Below, piece after piece: positions 19,687-30,258 of a stretch of DNA of 64,000 nt. The DNA is from Promethearchaeota archaeon (GTDB lineage Archaea > Asgardarchaeota > Lokiarchaeia > Sigyniarchaeales > SOKP01): NCBI GenBank assembly GCA_029838195.1, contig JALGVJ010000002.1:32001-96000 (forward strand), read 5' to 3'. Position numbers and translations under genes: made by a program. The number at the start of each line of letters is the position of its first letter. Within the stretch, counting starts at the first letter, position 1. The notes beneath the pieces were generated by a model. The model made no database searches. It saw only the letters and a program-made list of their open reading frames with translations, and was not told the DNA's origin.

Positions 19687-20052
19687 TTAATCAATCAAGT
19701 AAAGAATTCCCTTATTATCTTTTTCTGTAATAATTTTTGCTTTCTTATTATTTAGAGAGGTAATGTCTTCTACCGCAAGATTAAGATTCATGATGCAGGG
19801 GATTTCAAACTCCCTGGAAACAATTGCTAAATGAGATCCCATGCCGCCCGTAGTACAAACTACACCGGCTAATTCGGATAAAATGGGACTTAATGCCGTG
19901 GTTCCATCGTTATCTATAATACAAATCTTCCCAAAAGCTTTATCAAACAAATCGATTACATCTTCTAAAGTTTTAATATAAATTAATTCTCCCACTACTT
20001 CCTCGGGAGAAGAACACGATAATCCTTCACCAATTTTCTTCATTAGGGGCAC
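19687..20052 (-). CDS. Stand-alone PEP-utilising phosphohistidine (swivel) domain
   Basis: GGMGSHLAIVSREFEIPC. Confidence 0.9.
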   Translation of the reverse strand: MPLMKKIGEGLSCSSPEEVVGELIYIKTLEDVIDLFDKAFGKICIIDNDGTTALSPILSELAGVVCTTGGMGSHLAIVSREFEIPCIMNLNLAVEDITSLNNKKAKIITEKDNKGILYLID

Positions 20053-20163
20053 TCTCGCACGATTAATTTAATGATGTACTAAGATTTAATTTAGAAAAAA
20101 TATATAACATTTTAATAAATTTGATGTAAAATTAAAATTTTAGCTCTTCCTAAGGTAAAAAAA

Positions 20164-21321
20164 ATGAATGTAAAAGAAGCAAATGAACTGATTTCCCATC
20201 TATCAGATGTTATAGATTCTCAAGTTAACAAGCGGGGTTTGGTTGAATCCCAATTATTTCCTGTTACAGCTTATATTTGCGTGGCTTTTTATAATACTTA
20301 TGATTGTCTTTATAATATTTTGAAAAAGATTTCTGAAAAAATCACGCCGGAAAAAATGGGCAAGGAAAGCAAGAAAATCTTGTCGGAACTTCATGCACTT
20401 TCGATTTTTTACATACCTCTCTATTACTTACCGGGAAGAATGGGGTACATTCACAGAAATGGGGGGGCCCCTCATGTAGAGAGTGAGGAACAACAGAAGC
20501 AAACCATGTTCATTCTTGATTTTTGGAAACGATTAGCCAGTTCGTATCACCCAAATGGCGCACTCTGCGTGGAGGACGCAGGAGGCGTGAATCTAGCCTT
20601 AAATCAAGAGGATGTGGATTGGACATTGGAACATCTAAGAGAAATCTCGAAAGAAGAGGCATTAAAATTAAAAAAAACAATGGCAAATCTGGAATTGTTT
20701 TCCTTTCTCGATGAATGTGAGGCTCGTGCTAAAATTCATGACCATGGCCCTTATAAAATTAATGATAAAGAAGCCCTAATTTTTCGAGAAATTTCACACC
20801 TTTATGCTGGCGGCAAACCTCATTTTCCTTGGTCTGAAACCAAATTAAAGGCTCCTTATGAAAATATTGCCTTTGCCTTTAAGGTAAAGGATTTGGAAAT
20901 ATCCATTGATAACTTAGCAACAATGACTACGAATCCTCCAAATTTCACTCAAAATATTACGGCTGCTGCGATCTTTACTAGAGAGAAAGATACTGTAAAG
21001 CCCCTTAATTTTGACGTGTTAGATGCGTTTAATACTTATGCGACAGAAGGAAATAAGGAACTTTTTAAAAAATTTTATAAATGGAGTAAAAAAGAAAGAT
21101 TACTAGCGGGAGCCTTCGCATATTGTTATGGGTTTGCCCGATATACGAATTTTGTGGGAATAACAAGCGAAATTGATTGGAATTTAACAGAATATACCAT
21201 GAACACTTATGTTCCCATTTTTTTAGAAACGGATCATGATCCCGGCATTGCACGATTTTTCAGAACAAAGAGACAAAAGAAAAAAGAAGGCCCCTCTCTT
21301 TACCTATTACCGGAGAATTGA
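20164..21321 (+). CDS. Hypothetical protein, possibly the substrate-binding subunit of the split dikinase
   Basis: 385-aa ORF divergent from the His-domain gene. The function is inferred from context only. Confidence 0.55.
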   Translation: MNVKEANELISHLSDVIDSQVNKRGLVESQLFPVTAYICVAFYNTYDCLYNILKKISEKITPEKMGKESKKILSELHALSIFYIPLYYLPGRMGYIHRNGGAPHVESEEQQKQTMFILDFWKRLASSYHPNGALCVEDAGGVNLALNQEDVDWTLEHLREISKEEALKLKKTMANLELFSFLDECEARAKIHDHGPYKINDKEALIFREISHLYAGGKPHFPWSETKLKAPYENIAFAFKVKDLEISIDNLATMTTNPPNFTQNITAAAIFTREKDTVKPLNFDVLDAFNTYATEGNKELFKKFYKWSKKERLLAGAFAYCYGFARYTNFVGITSEIDWNLTEYTMNTYVPIFLETDHDPGIARFFRTKRQKKKEGPSLYLLPEN

Positions 21322-22250
21322 TGATAGAAATGAAGGATAGAAGCAGAATGGTCGTAAAAAAGGAAGAAGATGATTATCTCCATGATCCCGATACCACTCT
21401 TAAATGGAGAGAATCTTATTATTTTAATTGGGTGGATCTAAAAAATAAAATTTCCGGCTTCTCTACAATTGGAATCGTACCAAATGAAAAAAAAAGAGAA
21501 TTGGTATTTTTTCTCTTTACTGAAGATAAGAGAGAGGCATATTATCGAGAGCCTCCCTTGGAAAAGTATGATAAAAATATTGACATGATGCTCCAAGACA
21601 AGAAACTTGCCTATAAATTAATTAAACCCTTGAAGACGTGGGATATCATGTTTAAATCTCATAAATTAGAATTTAAAATTAGATTTGATGCACGTTATCC
21701 TCATCACTATTTCGGAGTAGGCTCCTCCTCTTCATGGCACCAACATTTTGAAGCCTCAGGCAATATTAAAGGAGCATTAACGTATAAAAATGAAAATACC
21801 ATCAATATTAACGGATATGGCCAAAGAGATAAAAGTTGGGGATATCGCGACTGGCATAAATTCCAAAAATGGTTTGCCGGGCATTTTCAATTTGAAAACT
21901 GGACGTGTGGATTCCGAAAAGATTATATCCATGACAAGGTGGACCTCTCAGGATATATCGCTGACGCAAAAGGAAGTTATCGGCTCTCCCAACTCGATAT
22001 TAATGTTCAATATAATAATGATCAATACAAAAGCCCTCAAATAACGACCTACTTCATCAAAGATGAGAATGGCAGAGAGTTTCACATCGAAGCCCGCTTA
22101 ATTCAAAAACATTCATTCATTCGGTTTGCCAGAGATTTTCCCGGCGGTTATACCGAATTATTTGAACAAATGGTAATCATGAAAAATTTAGATACTGGAG
22201 AAATTGGTTCAGGAATGGCTGAACAACTGCGAACTATCCGTCAAAATTGA
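21318..22250 (+). CDS. Lipocalin/AttH-like (tocopherol-cyclase-like) beta-barrel protein
   Basis: WRESYYFNW, HFEASG and GQRDKSWG.RDW. Confidence 0.65.
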   Translation: MMIEMKDRSRMVVKKEEDDYLHDPDTTLKWRESYYFNWVDLKNKISGFSTIGIVPNEKKRELVFFLFTEDKREAYYREPPLEKYDKNIDMMLQDKKLAYKLIKPLKTWDIMFKSHKLEFKIRFDARYPHHYFGVGSSSSWHQHFEASGNIKGALTYKNENTININGYGQRDKSWGYRDWHKFQKWFAGHFQFENWTCGFRKDYIHDKVDLSGYIADAKGSYRLSQLDINVQYNNDQYKSPQITTYFIKDENGREFHIEARLIQKHSFIRFARDFPGGYTELFEQMVIMKNLDTGEIGSGMAEQLRTIRQN

Positions 22251-22413
22251 AATTTTTTTTACCTTATTCTCGTTATATTATTCTAGCACAAATACCGATT
22301 GCATTTTCCGATTATTTTACTTATCATGATAAATTACAAAATTTAAATATTTAAAAATTAAAATCTAAGTATATAATAAATAATTTAAAAATCATTATCA
22401 AGGTAAAAAAACT

Positions 22414-23283
22414 ATGTGTCAATGGTGCATGAAACATGGCGCTGGAAAAAAATGGTACATGAATGCGCGAAATTACTCCAATGAACTCGCCGATGAATAT
22501 AACATGAAAGAATACCTAACTGAACAATGGATGAATTTCGAACAAGTGTTCATCAGAAAAATCGCTGGCACTTCCTCCAAAAATTTAGGTTATAAATTAA
22601 AACTCCCCATCATTGGACGTATCTTACGATGGCAAGCGGAGAAAATGATTCACTCTGAAAAGAAAAATCGAAACCCCGTGCGAGCCGACGGCCATTTTGG
22701 ACAAGTAATCCCCCTAGAAGATGCCCAAATTATAATGCAACAATTAGCTGCTGAACCCATCATTTTGAATTATTGCATGTGCCGATGGATGCAGAGAAAA
22801 GAAAAAGAAGCTGTTTGCATCAATTTTGGTGTACTATCGGAAGTGATAGAAAAATTGCCTCGCTTCATTCCGAAAGATAGAACTGTTCGAATTGATAGGG
22901 AAACAGCAGTGAAAAAATTAGAGGATTTTAATAAGAAAGGATACATTGCATCGGTATGGTTTCAACCAGTTCCATACATAAATGCGATTTGTTCGTGTGA
23001 AGCTCCCGAATGTGGAGGATTAACATTAAGAACGAATTTTGACCTTAAAGCCGTCTATAAGGCAGAATATATCATCCAATTAGATCAAGATAAATGCCAA
23101 GGATGTGCGCAATGTGTCAAGATGTGCCAATTTAGCGCAATCAGGTATATCCCTTCCTTAAATCGCGTTATAATTGATTATGACAAGTGTTTTGGCTGTG
23201 GAGTCTGTCGTCATGCGTGTAAAAACGGAGCCTTGAAGCTCATCCCTCGAGAAGAATATCCCGGCTTTACGGGAGAATATTAA
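22414..23283 (+). CDS. 4Fe-4S dicluster ferredoxin-domain protein
   Basis: N-terminal CQWC, CMCR, ICSC..C, and C-terminal CQGCAQCVKMC and CFGCGVCRHAC. Confidence 0.85.
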   Translation: MCQWCMKHGAGKKWYMNARNYSNELADEYNMKEYLTEQWMNFEQVFIRKIAGTSSKNLGYKLKLPIIGRILRWQAEKMIHSEKKNRNPVRADGHFGQVIPLEDAQIIMQQLAAEPIILNYCMCRWMQRKEKEAVCINFGVLSEVIEKLPRFIPKDRTVRIDRETAVKKLEDFNKKGYIASVWFQPVPYINAICSCEAPECGGLTLRTNFDLKAVYKAEYIIQLDQDKCQGCAQCVKMCQFSAIRYIPSLNRVIIDYDKCFGCGVCRHACKNGALKLIPREEYPGFTGEY

Positions 23284-23286
23284 GAT

Positions 23287-23580
23287 TTGGGGGTGTCAAT
23301 CATGGTGATGGGAAAAAAAAGAAGGAAAACGAAAATTAAGATAGATTATTCTAAATGTGGGGAGAAGGGAAAAGTAGACCCTCGTGATTGCGGTCTCTGT
23401 TTGAAAGCGTGTGATCCTGCAGTTTTTATTATGCATGAGACTATTGGTACGGAGAAAAAACAAAAAGATCCATTTGATCCTCAAGATTGGAGGATCACGC
23501 CTATTTGGGGTTCTTTATGCACTCGCTGCTTTAAATGCGTTCAAGTTTGCCCGGAAAATGCGATATCTATTAGTTGGTAA
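23287..23580 (+). CDS. Ferredoxin
   Basis: C...CGLCLKAC and CTRCFKCVQVCP. Confidence 0.8.
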   Translation: MGVSIMVMGKKRRKTKIKIDYSKCGEKGKVDPRDCGLCLKACDPAVFIMHETIGTEKKQKDPFDPQDWRITPIWGSLCTRCFKCVQVCPENAISISW

Positions 23581-23607
23581 AAAATTTTTAATCTTTTTTT
23601 TAAATTT

Positions 23608-24378
23608 TTAATCATTTTCGTTTAATTTCGAAAGGATCTCTTTCATAATTTTTTTTTCGAAATTTGGGAAAAGATTTTGAGTTTCATGATAAACCTTGGT
23701 GAGATCAAGGTTAAAACACTTGGCGATTCGCTTTAATTTTTTAAGTTGATCTTCAATGGAAAAATGGGTTATTTCTTGCACGGAATGATCAATTTCAACG
23801 TCAGCGAAGCGGAAAGTGGCGTATCGAATTGCTTTTAACGTGATTTCAAAATCCGCCAGCCAATTTTTATCTTCGGGTAAAATTAATTCAGTAATCTCGC
23901 TTTTAAAGCCATATAATCCAGGTTGAGCATCAAAGTCTAATGTTAGATTAGGATTGTTTAAGATTTTAATGGCGCATGCGGCTTCAAATTGTTCAAATGG
24001 TAATCTATTTAAAATTTTATCTTGATATTTCATTTTTAGATTTCGATTTTTTCTTTGGGGAATGATGATCTCCCATTTATCTTGGAACAACAATTCTTTT
24101 ACAATCTCGAGAGAATTCAAGGGAAATTGCCCATCACCATCGGTAATCATGCAATATTCTCCCAATTCTCTGGCTAAAATCATGGACATTCGTCTATTCT
24201 TTCCGAATCCCAAGCGAGAGTCATTAATTAAATAGTTATCGCAAAATTGCGTGAAATCTAAATTCTCGGGTTCATCGAATGAAATAACGATTCTTGCATT
24301 CAATTTCTTTTTAAGAAGTTTTAACCAATCTAGGTTGATGTTCTTGTAAGCAATGAGAGCGATGGTTAGATTTCTCAC
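23608..24378 (-). CDS. GT2-like glycosyltransferase
   Basis: GFGKNR, DGDGQF and DAQPGLYGF. Confidence 0.65.
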   Translation of the reverse strand: MRNLTIALIAYKNINLDWLKLLKKKLNARIVISFDEPENLDFTQFCDNYLINDSRLGFGKNRRMSMILARELGEYCMITDGDGQFPLNSLEIVKELLFQDKWEIIIPQRKNRNLKMKYQDKILNRLPFEQFEAACAIKILNNPNLTLDFDAQPGLYGFKSEITELILPEDKNWLADFEITLKAIRYATFRFADVEIDHSVQEITHFSIEDQLKKLKRIAKCFNLDLTKVYHETQNLFPNFEKKIMKEILSKLNEND

Positions 24379-24629
24379 GATTAAGAGGTTTAAGGAGTTG
24401 AGTTTATTTACATTATGATGCGTTCTATTTATTTTTTATTAAAAGGTTTTCATATCATTCAATTTAAAAAATGCGGGAACAAGAGAGTTTTATTTAGTAT
24501 TTACCGGTTAGAATTAAGGGATTTGAATCTTAATCTTAATAGTGGAAGTTTAAAAGAATGAACGAAATCGAATTTATTTTGGTGAGTGTTTCATTTTCTT
24601 TTATGATAAGTAAATAAAGATTAAGAAAC

Positions 24630-26099
24630 TTGAAGAATTATTTAAGAACGCGTCATTACCCATATTTTAATGAAGGTGATTTAAAATACATGATAGATAA
24701 GAACGAGTTAACTAGTCAGTTCCGGTCGTTTAAATATAAAACTATTGATGATCTTAAAAGTGAGTTAAACCACCTCAATTTAGAGCTACCCCTTGTAGAG
24801 GATTGTAGTTCTTTAACCAAAGAGCTGCTATTTGAGCAAATCCTCTTGCCAAATCGGATAGCTATTCAACCTATGGAAGGATTTGATGCCAAATTAGATG
24901 GTACGCCGGGACATTTAACCATGCGAAGGTATGAACGATATGCTCGGGGCGGTGCTGCATTAATTTGGGTGGAAGCTACGGCTATAGTTCCTGAAGGCAA
25001 ATCAAATCCGCGACAATTATATCTTTCCGAGAAAAATGTAAACCAATTTACTCAATTCGTATCTACTATTAGGAATAGGTGTAATTCAACCCTGAAAGAA
25101 TTAGGGTTTAAAGCAAATTGTTTAATCATTCTTCAATTAAATCATTCAGGAAGATATAGCAAAAAAAATGGTCATCCATATCCTATCAAGATTTATCAAA
25201 ATCCAGCATTGGATAAAGCAATGGGGATTTCAGAAAGAGAAGGAAAAATTATTACTGATGAGGAGCTGGAAGAGTTAGAAAAAATATGGGTTCAAAAAGC
25301 TCTTTTAGCAAAAGAAGCAGGATTTGATGGCGTAGATATTAAATCTTGTCATGGCTATTTGATTAGCGAATTAATAAGTTCGCATTCTCGATTAAATTCT
25401 AAGTATGGAGGTAAGAGTTTGGAAAATCGAACAAAATTTTTCTTTAATATAATTAAAAAATTAAAAAAAAGGCTCCAAATCGGAGATCCTTTTATTATAA
25501 CCACGCGATTTGGAGTTTATGATGAATTACCGTATCCTAATGGTTTTGGAATCTCACGTGATAAAAAACAAAAGGTGCCTTCCATTGATTTAACTGAACC
25601 CATTCAAGTCATTAAAAAATTACATGAACTCGATATTAGATTAATTAATATTTCTGCGGGAAATCCTCATTACAAGCCTTATTTGACCAGACCTTTTGAT
25701 ACTCCGATTCCAGGAACTGATTTTCCTCCTGAACATCCCTTGTATGGCGTTTTTAGAATCATTAAACTAGCATCATTGATAAAATCTCAAGTGCCAAAAG
25801 ACATGGTAATATTAGGTTCCGGCTATTCTTATTTACGTCATCTTGCGGGCTATATCTGTGCCGGACTTATCAAGCAAAACATGGTGGATATTTGCGGTTT
25901 CGGTCGAATGGCACTTGCCAATCCGGATTTTCCGAAACAATTATTTATGGATGGTCAAATATACCCAAAAAAATCCTGTATTACATGCTCTAAATGTTCA
26001 GAATTAATGCGCTTGGGGTCTATTACAGGATGCGTAATTCGTGATGAATTATATAAAAAAATTTATAAAGAAATAAAAAGTAAGAACGCCGCTCGTTAA
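24630..26099 (+). CDS. NADH:flavin oxidoreductase (old yellow enzyme family)
   Basis: NRIAIQPMEG, QLNHSGR, GFDGVDIKSCHGYL, YGG..ENR and C-terminal CITCSKC..C. Confidence 0.9.
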   Translation: MKNYLRTRHYPYFNEGDLKYMIDKNELTSQFRSFKYKTIDDLKSELNHLNLELPLVEDCSSLTKELLFEQILLPNRIAIQPMEGFDAKLDGTPGHLTMRRYERYARGGAALIWVEATAIVPEGKSNPRQLYLSEKNVNQFTQFVSTIRNRCNSTLKELGFKANCLIILQLNHSGRYSKKNGHPYPIKIYQNPALDKAMGISEREGKIITDEELEELEKIWVQKALLAKEAGFDGVDIKSCHGYLISELISSHSRLNSKYGGKSLENRTKFFFNIIKKLKKRLQIGDPFIITTRFGVYDELPYPNGFGISRDKKQKVPSIDLTEPIQVIKKLHELDIRLINISAGNPHYKPYLTRPFDTPIPGTDFPPEHPLYGVFRIIKLASLIKSQVPKDMVILGSGYSYLRHLAGYICAGLIKQNMVDICGFGRMALANPDFPKQLFMDGQIYPKKSCITCSKCSELMRLGSITGCVIRDELYKKIYKEIKSKNAAR

Positions 26100-28174
26100 T
26101 CAAATATTTTATTCTGAACGTAATCTTTCCATGTATTTTCAAACCACGAAGTTACTTTAGGAATGGGTCTTACATCCACCCATTTACATTTTATTGGGAG
26201 AGGATTCATGGAATTTTTTGGTGTCCTTTCAAGAAAAATTGTCAAAATCTTGTCTTTTAAATTTCTTTTACTCTTAATGAAAGCATATTGCTGTAATTGC
26301 TTGCATGGTATTGCTTTCTTTTCCGCATGATTGGGATTTAAAGTATTGCGCAAGATGATGGATGATCCCCTACTTCCTCCATGAGCACGATGATATTCTA
26401 GAAGGGAAGTAAGAATGAAGAGTCCCATGAGAAGCGAATTTTTGATTTTAAAATACTCAAAAACATCTTTATTAGATTCAATTAAAACTATATTATTGAA
26501 GTTTATTAGCCACTTTCTAAGGATGTTTATTTTTTCTTCAAGACCTTCTAAAGGTCTAATGATACCTCCATATTTTTCCATGATTTCTTTAAGTTGATTA
26601 AGATAAAACGAAACATGTTTACATTGAAGGGAAAAATTGCGCAAGTCGTTAGCCATTTTCTTGGTTTTATTATTAAATAAAGGTTTTAATTCCATAATTA
26701 AATCATTAAGCTCTCGTTTCGCGAGACGGACAAACTCTTCCTTCTTCATGGTAATTGAATGATAAGCATGTCCAATTTTTTGAGCCGCCCGCAAGCCTCC
26801 CACTTGACCTGAATTTAATGCACTTCCACCGGGCCTGTGAATACCATGGCTTCCATTAACTTCCCCTATAGAAAATAAATGTCTTACGGAAATAGTTTCC
26901 CACCAAATATCACCGGCAATTCCCCCATTCATGTGCTGATTACAAACTGCTATTTCGAGTGGCTCTTTTTTTAAATCGATATCATGCTCCAAATAGAGAT
27001 GATAGGCATCTTCATTCAATTTTAATAAACGCTTAATAGGAGTTTTAGCTAACGCATTTGATTTAGCTAAATATTCACGAGCGATGGGATCTAATTGTTC
27101 CATGCTAAATCCTTTAGGATTTTCGGTATAATCCAAAAATACTTTCCTTCCCAACGTTTCTGTTTCATGGTATACCGCTAAATCGATTAGAGAAGAACCG
27201 TGATTTTCTATCCGTTCTACATTAAATGGCCATTGATATCCTTTTAAAAAGATGGCTCGAGAGAGAATCGTAAAGGAGGGAAAATATTGCTCGAGAAACT
27301 CGAATATCCTTCCATTTTCATCAAGAGAATAATAACGCGGAATGACTTGTTGATAAGAACCGGAAAGATTCCACCGAAATTTTTTTGAAGCTATCCCAAA
27401 TTGCGATTCAGTCAAGTTCTGTAATACGGCTCCTGCTTGAATTGCTACTCCCGTTGATCCCCATTGAGAAGGAGGATAAACAGAATTTTTATAAAGTTGA
27501 GCTGGACCTCCGGTAGCAAGGATTAAATTTTCCGCTTTATAAACCTTAATACTGCTAATTAAATTTTCAATGCTTAATGTATCTTTTAATTTATCTATTT
27601 GAAGAGCTAACAAACCGATTGCTTCAGGAGGATTTCTTGAAGAATCAGTAAGTATACGAAAGACAAGGGTGTTATCATGAATGGCTATATCGTATTGTCG
27701 CACTTTTTTTAAAAGGCAATTACACATTTCTTGCGAAGTTAAGGGTCCTATAGACGTCGCTCTTTGCCTTGGATCATTATCCGTTTTATATCCAACATAC
27801 CCTCCAAATTTATCGTGAGGAAAAGGCATGCCTAAATGAATTAAGTGAAAAAATTCACGAATTGAGTTAGTGGCTTCCACGAGAGCAATATCACCGTGCA
27901 TGCATCCCCCCTTAAATAAATCTCTTGCTAATTCTAAAGGAGAATCCAATTCTCCCCCATGAATGGCCATTTTATAATATGTTTGTTTATCAGAACCCGC
28001 ATTAAAAGAAGTACCTCCACCTAATTTCTCCGTCACGATAGCAATTTGCGAATTTTCAAATCCTCCTTCTTCAACGAGATGAATAGCACAATTAAGACTC
28101 GCCGCACCCGATCCAATTAATATAGAATGATATTCGAAAATCTCTTTATTTTTTTCAAATTTATCGTTTTCCAT
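26096..28174 (-). CDS. FAD-binding protein of the succinate dehydrogenase/fumarate reductase flavoprotein superfamily
   Basis: IGSGAA, LATGG, QHMNGG, GEVNGSHG..RPGGSAL and GGSRGS. Confidence 0.85.
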   Translation of the reverse strand: MENDKFEKNKEIFEYHSILIGSGAASLNCAIHLVEEGGFENSQIAIVTEKLGGGTSFNAGSDKQTYYKMAIHGGELDSPLELARDLFKGGCMHGDIALVEATNSIREFFHLIHLGMPFPHDKFGGYVGYKTDNDPRQRATSIGPLTSQEMCNCLLKKVRQYDIAIHDNTLVFRILTDSSRNPPEAIGLLALQIDKLKDTLSIENLISSIKVYKAENLILATGGPAQLYKNSVYPPSQWGSTGVAIQAGAVLQNLTESQFGIASKKFRWNLSGSYQQVIPRYYSLDENGRIFEFLEQYFPSFTILSRAIFLKGYQWPFNVERIENHGSSLIDLAVYHETETLGRKVFLDYTENPKGFSMEQLDPIAREYLAKSNALAKTPIKRLLKLNEDAYHLYLEHDIDLKKEPLEIAVCNQHMNGGIAGDIWWETISVRHLFSIGEVNGSHGIHRPGGSALNSGQVGGLRAAQKIGHAYHSITMKKEEFVRLAKRELNDLIMELKPLFNNKTKKMANDLRNFSLQCKHVSFYLNQLKEIMEKYGGIIRPLEGLEEKINILRKWLINFNNIVLIESNKDVFEYFKIKNSLLMGLFILTSLLEYHRAHGGSRGSSIILRNTLNPNHAEKKAIPCKQLQQYAFIKSKRNLKDKILTIFLERTPKNSMNPLPIKCKWVDVRPIPKVTSWFENTWKDYVQNKIFD

Positions 28175-28190
28175 TTTACTTCACTTCTTA

Positions 28191-28991
28191 CTAAAGTCTA
28201 TGTAAGTGAAATCCTCCATCCACGTGTATTATCTCACCCGTGGAATAGGGTAAATTACCCGCAACAATCGCAGCTACCACTTGTGCTACCTCTTCGGGCA
28301 ATCCCCATCGCCTCAGAGGCGTAAGACCTTGTTCAAATAATTTATCATATTTTTCTTTTACGGGTTCCGTCATGGGCGTTTTAATAATTCCCGGTTGAAT
28401 TTCAAATACCGGAATGTCATGTTCAGCAAGCCTAACGGCATATAATTTCGTCATCATGGTGAGTCCTGCTTTTGATATGCAATATTCTCCACGATTAGGC
28501 GAAGCCGTGAAACTCGAGATAGAAGAGATGTTAATGATATAGGGTGTATACTCTCCTTGAAACCTTTTCTTTAATTCAATCATCCATTTGGCAATTGCTT
28601 GAGTAAGGAAATAAGGACCTTGGAGGTTAATCCTTAACACCCTTTCAAATTCTTCCTCGGATGCTTCTAATAAGTCTTTTCGTTCTCTTGGCGCTACTCC
28701 GGCATTATTTACTAACACATCAATTCTATTGAACTTCTCTTTAATTGTGCTCACTAACTTTTCTCGATCCTCAGGATTACCGATATCTGCTTTAACATAA
28801 GTGAATTTCTCTAATGCATTTCCAAAAATCTCGTTTAATTGAGATTCATAACTTTCGGATAACCTTACAGTTGAGGCTCCATTTAATACGAGAGAATATT
28901 TCAATCTTGCTAATTTAAGAGCAATAGCTTTTCCTATACCGTGCGTGCTACCCGTTATAAGTGCAACTTTATCGGATGAATTCATTCCCAT
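28191..28991 (-). CDS. Short-chain dehydrogenase/reductase
   Basis: TGSTHGIG, NNAG, YCISK, PGIIKT and VDGG. Confidence 0.92.
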   Translation of the reverse strand: MGMNSSDKVALITGSTHGIGKAIALKLARLKYSLVLNGASTVRLSESYESQLNEIFGNALEKFTYVKADIGNPEDREKLVSTIKEKFNRIDVLVNNAGVAPRERKDLLEASEEEFERVLRINLQGPYFLTQAIAKWMIELKKRFQGEYTPYIINISSISSFTASPNRGEYCISKAGLTMMTKLYAVRLAEHDIPVFEIQPGIIKTPMTEPVKEKYDKLFEQGLTPLRRWGLPEEVAQVVAAIVAGNLPYSTGEIIHVDGGFHLHRL

Positions 28992-29226
28992 TACCTTTCG
29001 CTTTCAATGTGTAAAGAAAATTACTCATTCCTAAAAAATGCTCTAAACCTAAAATCATTATAATCTAAATATTTTCACATGAGAAAAATAAATTTTATAT
29101 TTTACTAAAAAGGAAAAAAAATCTAAAGTATCATTCAGAGATATGAAAAAATGAAATCATTATTAATCGAACACTTAGATTTCTAAATTCTTAAATTAAA
29201 AAGCGTTTTATGGTAAGAAAAAAGGC

Positions 29227-30021
29227 TTAACCAATCTCAATGGGAGCAGCTGTTCGCCATAAATAGCTAAAATAATAATTAGCCGCCGGCGCAAAGGCAA
29301 TATAATCCGCCAGAATTCCAAAATACGACATTCTTTGGAAAAACTTTTGCGATAATATGATAAATGCATCCTCTCCCTCATCAATTACGATAGATTCTCC
29401 AAAAATTTGATCACGATATCGAATTTCGCATAATTTATCATATTTTAATAAAATTTCTTTTTTCTTGTCAACGTTTAAGCTTGTCTCTTCCACCAATAAT
29501 CTTAAATCGGTACACCCTCGCGCTCGAGCTTTTTCTATATCACTAAAATAAATATCTAAAAATTCAAAATCCGTAGCTGTGAGGTATATAGCCGTTTTAG
29601 CGATATTAATCAAAGCTAAGACTTTATTTAAACAAACGTCTCTTCCCCGATGAACATACAAGGAAATTTTAATGGGAGTATCATGTGATTGATAGATGGG
29701 AGAAAGAGCATGAATGATATTGTTAGAATGCGAATCAAACATGTCATTATATTGCTTTTTAGCTATCACGAGAGCCTCGTCCGGGCTTTTGGCAAAATAT
29801 CGTGAGGGTCGAGAATCCTCTTTAACAATCCACTGCTTCTCTTTTTCTAATTGGGTTAAAATATTATATATACGAGAATAAGGGACTCCTGAGGCCTCGG
29901 AAAGCTCACGAGCATCCATGGGCCCCTTTGAAATGAGTGTTAAATAGATTGAAATTTCATAATCGGTTAATCCAATTTGCTTCAATGATTCTTTAACGCT
30001 TTCGGGTATTTCTCTTGACAT
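29227..30021 (-). CDS. TrmB-family transcriptional regulator
   Basis: GLTDYE..YLTL..ARELSEASGVPYSRIYNIL..RPSRY. Confidence 0.9.
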   Translation of the reverse strand: MSREIPESVKESLKQIGLTDYEISIYLTLISKGPMDARELSEASGVPYSRIYNILTQLEKEKQWIVKEDSRPSRYFAKSPDEALVIAKKQYNDMFDSHSNNIIHALSPIYQSHDTPIKISLYVHRGRDVCLNKVLALINIAKTAIYLTATDFEFLDIYFSDIEKARARGCTDLRLLVEETSLNVDKKKEILLKYDKLCEIRYRDQIFGESIVIDEGEDAFIILSQKFFQRMSYFGILADYIAFAPAANYYFSYLWRTAAPIEIG

Positions 30022-30258
30022 TACACTTGACCTTTTATTCTAAATTTAATCTTGTAAGATTTGTATTCGACTTATTATATTAAATGATGTTTAAGTCCAA
30101 TACAAACAATAATATTGCGATTACTAATTAATTAATCTAAATGGAAAATGCTATTTATTTTTATTTAGTTCCGGCGTGATATAAAATCTTTTTGAAATGC
30201 ATCCTCATATCAAGACTATATGGTAAGAAAAAAAAGCAATTTTTTCAAATCTCGTTAG

